Part shown: positions 58,946 to 64,000 of the stretch, piece by piece
How the letters are laid out: every line of letters begins with the position of its first letter
How positions within the stretch are numbered: position 1 is the first letter of the stretch
Translations under genes and position numbers: made by a program
Assembly: GCA_951406725.2 (NCBI GenBank)
Contig: OX597829.1
Span: 6,324,001 to 6,388,000 of the forward strand
Length of the DNA: 64,000 nucleotides
Source of the DNA: Octopus vulgaris
Taxonomy: Eukaryota
Direction of reading: 5' to 3'
Notes under the pieces: model-generated
Seen by the model: only the letters and a program-made list of their open reading frames with translations
Databases searched by the model: none
Told to the model about the DNA's origin: nothing

Positions 58946-59938
58946 CATTTTTTTTATTGTGATAGCAAGCGGGACAATGAACGCCCAATTATTTCATGGT
59001 TTAGTTAGTGTGTTGACCAGATTCACATCATCAAAGCCCAGGCTACATGATGGATTTTAGCGTACACTTGGTAGTCGCTTATTTTTATGTGTATATGCAT
59101 ATATGGATGTGGCTACAAGATTCATAATTAGTGTGGTGGATAATTTTGTGTACCACAGCTAAAAATTAAACTAGGAATTAAGCGTCTGTGCGCACTCGCT
59201 TGAGCGTGTGCCTATATGTGTGTTTGTGTACGTGTGCGTAAACAAGTGCTTGACTGTCTGTGGAATGTCAGATATCAGTCGGCGAGGTGGCCATAAATAA
59301 AAGAACGCTAGAAAGACAAAGAAACGCCTAGGTAAGCAAGAGACTTAAAAAGTTTCCAATTACTATTACAGGAAATATGTATTGTTTGATGTCAATGTGT
59401 TCATTTCTGCATTTGTGCGTACTCGTATGTGTGAGCTGTGTCTGTGTTTGCATTTTCGTGTGTACGTGAATGTGCTTTTCTAGGTGTGACTGTGTCTCAG
59501 TTAAATTTGTTTTTTCGAAGCGTTTTCCTTTTTGTTTTAGCTTTACATACATGCGGTCTGTAGATACTTTGCGTTAGTTAGTATTAAGGTGCACCAGTAG
59601 CGGTTGTGGTTGCGGGCCTTAGCTAATATACCGAAGTTATGTTTATGCTTTCTCTGTATGGTCAGATCAAATGTAAGTGCCAGTGAAAGAGTAGGTTTTC
59701 ATTTTTAATGACTTGTGCACGTTTCTAGCGTTTGTTGTGCTAATTATATTATTAGCGTCTTTCGTTTATGTTGATTGCTTGAGTTCGAGCAAGCAAGCAT
59801 GTGCTGAGGAGCGCCCGCGAATATACGCATCATGTGTCTGAGTGAGTGCTTGTCGTTTCTTATGCCTATGGCCATGTTAGATATATTTGGTTTTGTTTTA
59901 GCGTGCATACACTCGGTACCATCCATAAGTATTTTTCC

Positions 59939-60022
<84 letters not shown>

Positions 60023-60157
60023 CATTGTAATAGGGGCCAATTTCTCTTTGGGTTTGAGCCTGTGGGCCTTAGATGTTGTATGTGCTTGTTCCAAGGTTTT
60101 TTATATGGTCATATTAATTAAAGGTGGTGGGTTTTTTTGTTCTATCTATTCAGCAAT

Positions 60158-60925
60158 GATTATTCTAATTAATTTGGATATGTACTCAGTTTTGTTCTAA
60201 TTATTGTGTGTAGTCAGTAAGCAGTAATCAGTGTGTATCTGTAGTAGGATTAGTCTAATTAATCCGTGTAATAATTATTCTAAAAAGTATTGGCTCGGCT
60301 TAGCTTGGCTTTATGCTCTTGCCTGATGGGGTTGCAGTCATCCCATGTTAGTGGCCCCATCTAGCGTAGAGCCGACCAGGTTAACCAGCGCTCTCCATCC
60401 CTGGCGGTTCCGTGCCAACTCCTGTGAATCATCCACTGTAATGTCAACCCCCTGGAAATCTTCCTTAGTCACGTTCATCCACCTGGTGCTGGGTCTGCCA
60501 AGAAGTCTCTTCCAGATCGGAGCTGTTGCGTCGAATAAGAGTAAGACCTTGGTAGGATGATCTAGCGGGAGACGCAGGATATGAGTGAGGAGATTTTTCT
60601 AATTAGTGTGTATGCAGCAGTGATTATTTTAACTAGTGTGTGTATGCAGTAAGGAGTGTTCTAATTAGTGTGTGTAATTAGAATGTGTAATTAATGAAGA
60701 AATTGTGCGCATATGTAGTATTATTCTAATTTGTGTGATTGTATAGTAAGGCACATTCTAATTAGACTGTATGTAATAAGGGTTATTCTAACTAGTGTTT
60801 GTACATATAATTAGGATTATTCTAATTAGTTTGCATGTTGTAATAATTATTCTAATTATTGTGTGTATATAGTAATGTTTATTCTAATTAGCGAGTCTCT
60901 ATAGTAAGGATTATTCTAATTTGTG
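60158..60925. repeat. Degenerate ~30-bp minisatellite (ATTATTCTAATTAGTGTGT...GTAAGG), interrupted by the RTE fragment
   Basis: TTCTAATT recurs at roughly 28-33 nt spacing on both sides of 60292-60590. Confidence 0.8.
60292..60590 (-). mobile_element. RTE-clade LINE 3' end
   Basis: HILRLPLDHPTKVLL...WKRLLGRPSTRWMNVTKEDF...ELARNRQGWRALV, then a stop and an (AAGCC)n-like tail. Confidence 0.75.
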
Positions 60926-61514
60926 ATTCAAATCTGAGTAACATGTAGCATCGTAGAAAACCTTTCCTACTTAGTAACTTTGTAGTTAAACGAAATATTA
61001 GGAAACTGCTTGATGTAAGAATCGGTTTACAAAATGGTGTTAGTGTTTATAAATTCATAGAAGTTTACATTTTTCACTTAATTCAGATGAGACTTCGCTC
61101 AGCCGAATTCTCTTTTTATCCTGATGTTATTCTCATTTTCCGAAGCACAAAAGGTAATATATTGAATGGTTTTATGAATTGTTTAAGCTCACATTGAGAT
61201 TATCACATGACGGATAGTTTTTGGCAAATGTGATTTTTACCATAACAGAGAACTTCGAAGATAGAATACATGATATGCAGAACAACACTAATGTTCATGA
61301 ATATACAAATAGAAAATGTAATATTCTTTCCAAAATTTAAATGTTCATTTCAAATATCTCATTAAATTCATAAATAATTACTTCAACCTAAATGTCATAA
61401 GGCCTTCATTAAAAATAACATTCAGGTGAATAACGTTTAAAAAACAAACACCAATTCACAGGTGCCCTCTCATCATAATTTCAAGAACTGATTCTCAACA
61501 ATGCGTGTTTATTT

Positions 61515-61730
61515 ATTGGTTTCAAATTTTGACACAAGGCCAGCAAATTTTAGAAGTGGTATAAGTCGATTACATCGACTTCAATGTTCATATGATACTT
61601 ATTTATCAACCTCGACAGGATGAATGGTAAAGTCGTCCTCAGAGGAATTTGAACTCAAAACGTAAAGACGGACAAGGTGCTAATAATCGTTTTGCCCGGA
61701 GGGATAACGACTCTTCCAGCTCGCCACCTT
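61515..61730 (-). mobile_element. SINE family C variant (tail ...CCTTGTGTCAAAATTTGAAACC)
   Basis: Head AAGGTGGCGAGCTGGAAGAG on the minus strand. Related partial copies lie at 29470-29590 and 33656-33835. Confidence 0.75.
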
Positions 61731-62567
61731 CCGTGTTTTTGTATTAAAAATAACTAATACAAGTGGAAAAAGAGCTACTTAGAATTTACAGAAAATGAAT
61801 TAGAAAAGCATTCACGTAAGTTGTGAAAAACTCGTCGATTTACTCTGTAGATACAGCTGCCGTTTCACGGATGATACAGGTATCAAATATAAATCGATTG
61901 GTTCAATATAAAATCAATGTTTCCGGCCAGAATGACTCCAGGGGTTCTGATTTTTATCGCTCGTGGAACTATAATTTTATGCTGGAAACTTGCAACAACT
62001 TTAAGCAAAAGATTGGAATTGATAAATCTTTGCTGATATTTCAATCGATATTCATAAAGGAATTTCCTAATAATAAGTGTCTAAAACAGATTATTTTCAA
62101 AATTACTAATTAACCAGACCCTAAAACATGAATTTTTAATTAATCATCAACTCTAGCACTTAATTATTATGTTTCCTTTACTTTTATGTGATTTATATAC
62201 GTGATATTGGAGATTAGAAATCGTATGGAGCAAAGATTGTTTGCCAACACAACATGGTAGTCCTGGTTTAGGACGAATGTTGCTGTAATTTAGCCCCAGA
62301 TTCTCGTTGTAGAAATCTCATGATTTCGCAGTGGAAAAAAAAAAACAAGAAAACAATTGTTCTACGCATGGCGCTTCAATAGAGGAGATGCGTATTTTCT
62401 GAAACTTTTAACAACCAATCATGTTTCTAAGCTGGCCAGTTCCTATTCCACGTTCTTAAACCGTATATTTGTAGACATATTCAATGCACCCCAATAGTAC
62501 CATGGGAATCAGTTGAGTAATCGATAATATGAAATTCAGATTTAGGATTTAAGTTTCAGCAGCTAAT

Positions 62568-63325
62568 TATGTATGTATGTATGTATGTATGTATGTATGT
62601 ATGTATGTATGTATGTATGTATGTATTTATGCATGAATGCATGCATGCATGCATGTATGTATGTATGTATGTATGTATGAATGTATGTATGTATGTATGT
62701 ATGCATGCATGCATGTATGTATTTATGCATGCATGTATGTATGTATGTATGTATGTATGTATGTATGTATGTATGTATGTATGTATGTATGTATGTATGT
62801 ATGTATGTATGTATGCATGCATGTATGTATGTATGTATTTATGTATGTATGTATGTATGTATGTATTTATGTATGTATGTAAGTATGTATGTATGTATGT
62901 ATGTATGTATGTATGCATGCATGTATGCATGTATGTATTTATGCATGCATGCATGCATGCATGTATGTATGTATGTATTTATGTATGTATGTATGTATGT
63001 ATGTATGTATGTATGTATGTACGTATGTATGTATGTATGTATGTGTGTATGTATGTATGCATGCATGTATGCATGTATGTATTTATGCATGCATGCATGC
63101 ATGCATGTATGTATGTATGTATGTATGCATGCATGCATGTATGTATGTATGCATGTATGTATTTATGTATGTATGTATGTATGTATGTATGTATGTATGC
63201 ATGTATGTATGTATTTATGTATGTATGTATGTAAGTATGTATGTATGTATGTATGTATGTATGTATGTATGTATGTATGCATGCATGCATGTATGTATTT
63301 ATGCATGTATGTATTTATGTATGTA
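62568..63325. repeat. (TATG)n/(CATG)n array with higher-order duplicated blocks
   Basis: Read directly from the sequence. Confidence 0.97.
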
Positions 63326-63639
63326 TATCAGGTCACCCTTACCCTTAGTGCGATCGGTAACATCTAATTCAATGCAAACTATCGCTTGGTCGGACTGTCG
63401 TCGAATAAAGCGTCAACGATGCCAATCCTATCTATCACTGCCTTTTTCTCTTCCACCCTCTCTCTCTTTTCCTCCCTATATATATATATATATATATATT
63501 CCAGTCTTGTCGGGGGAACATTCACTAGGACAAATAATCAGTCCACAATTCTTTCCTGTATGTATATGTATATATGTATATTGTATAGGTATATATTTGT
63601 ATGTGTGTGTGAGAGAGAGTGTGTGCATGTTTGTGCATC

Positions 63640-63800
63640 TTTGAGTCTAGGTTTGTCCACTACTACCGCTTCACAACCGGCGTTGGTGTTGTTTACGAAA
63701 CGTAGCGGTTCGGCTTAGGACACCGATAGAATAAATACCAGGCTTACAAAAAAATAAGTACTGGGGTCGATCCATTCGAATAAAATTTCTTCTTGGCATT
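63640..63800 (+). mobile_element. SINE family A, 3' half
   Basis: ACAACCGGCGTTGGTG..TAGCGGTTCGGC..ACCGATAGAATAA..AAGTACTGGGGTCGAT. Confidence 0.75.
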
Positions 63801-64000
63801 ATCCCCCCCACACACATACACACACAGACACATGCAAGGTATCAAGGTGTCTCTTAATTTTAACACCTGTATTATGCATTGCATACCATGGTTAGACTTA
63901 CATGAAAAATGGGGAAAAAAACTAATATTTAAGTGTAGTCTTCTTATATCGTCGGTGGCAAGCTCACTGAACACATGTGCGCAAAATGGTTTAGATTCCT

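Noticed and set aside
60158-60925. CRISPR-like array
   Set aside because: The units are degenerate tandem repeats without unique spacers, no cas genes are present, and the context is eukaryotic.
61086-61152. Possible exon (ttcag|ATG...AAAAG|gtaat)
   Set aside because: The splice signals are plausible, but there is no recognisable peptide or partner exon; it cannot be supported without transcript data.

Overview
AT-rich eukaryotic intergenic or intronic DNA with extreme microsatellite density ((TA)n, (CA)n, (TACA)n, (TAA)n, (GAA)n, (GATA)n). The repeat style suggests an octopus or other coleoid genome; this is inference, not verified. No host protein-coding gene can be supported, and almost all ORFs in the track are microsatellite artefacts. 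The window holds a 5'-truncated, disabled R4/Dong-type non-LTR retrotransposon (RT plus restriction-like endonuclease) inside a (TAA)n array at about 30.05-33.5 kb. It also holds three tRNA-derived SINE families in many copies, decayed mariner, Tc1, CR1/L2, RTE, Penelope-like and Helitron remnants, a DINE-1/HINE-like element, and several foldback or palindromic structures. The most notable signal is a set of 8-9 minimal type I hammerhead-ribozyme folds from several unrelated short elements that sit in or beside (TA)n or (TACA)n tracts. Several have non-canonical cores: a compensatory U3:A8 pair, a recurrent U4C, an extra nucleotide after position 9, and A9C.
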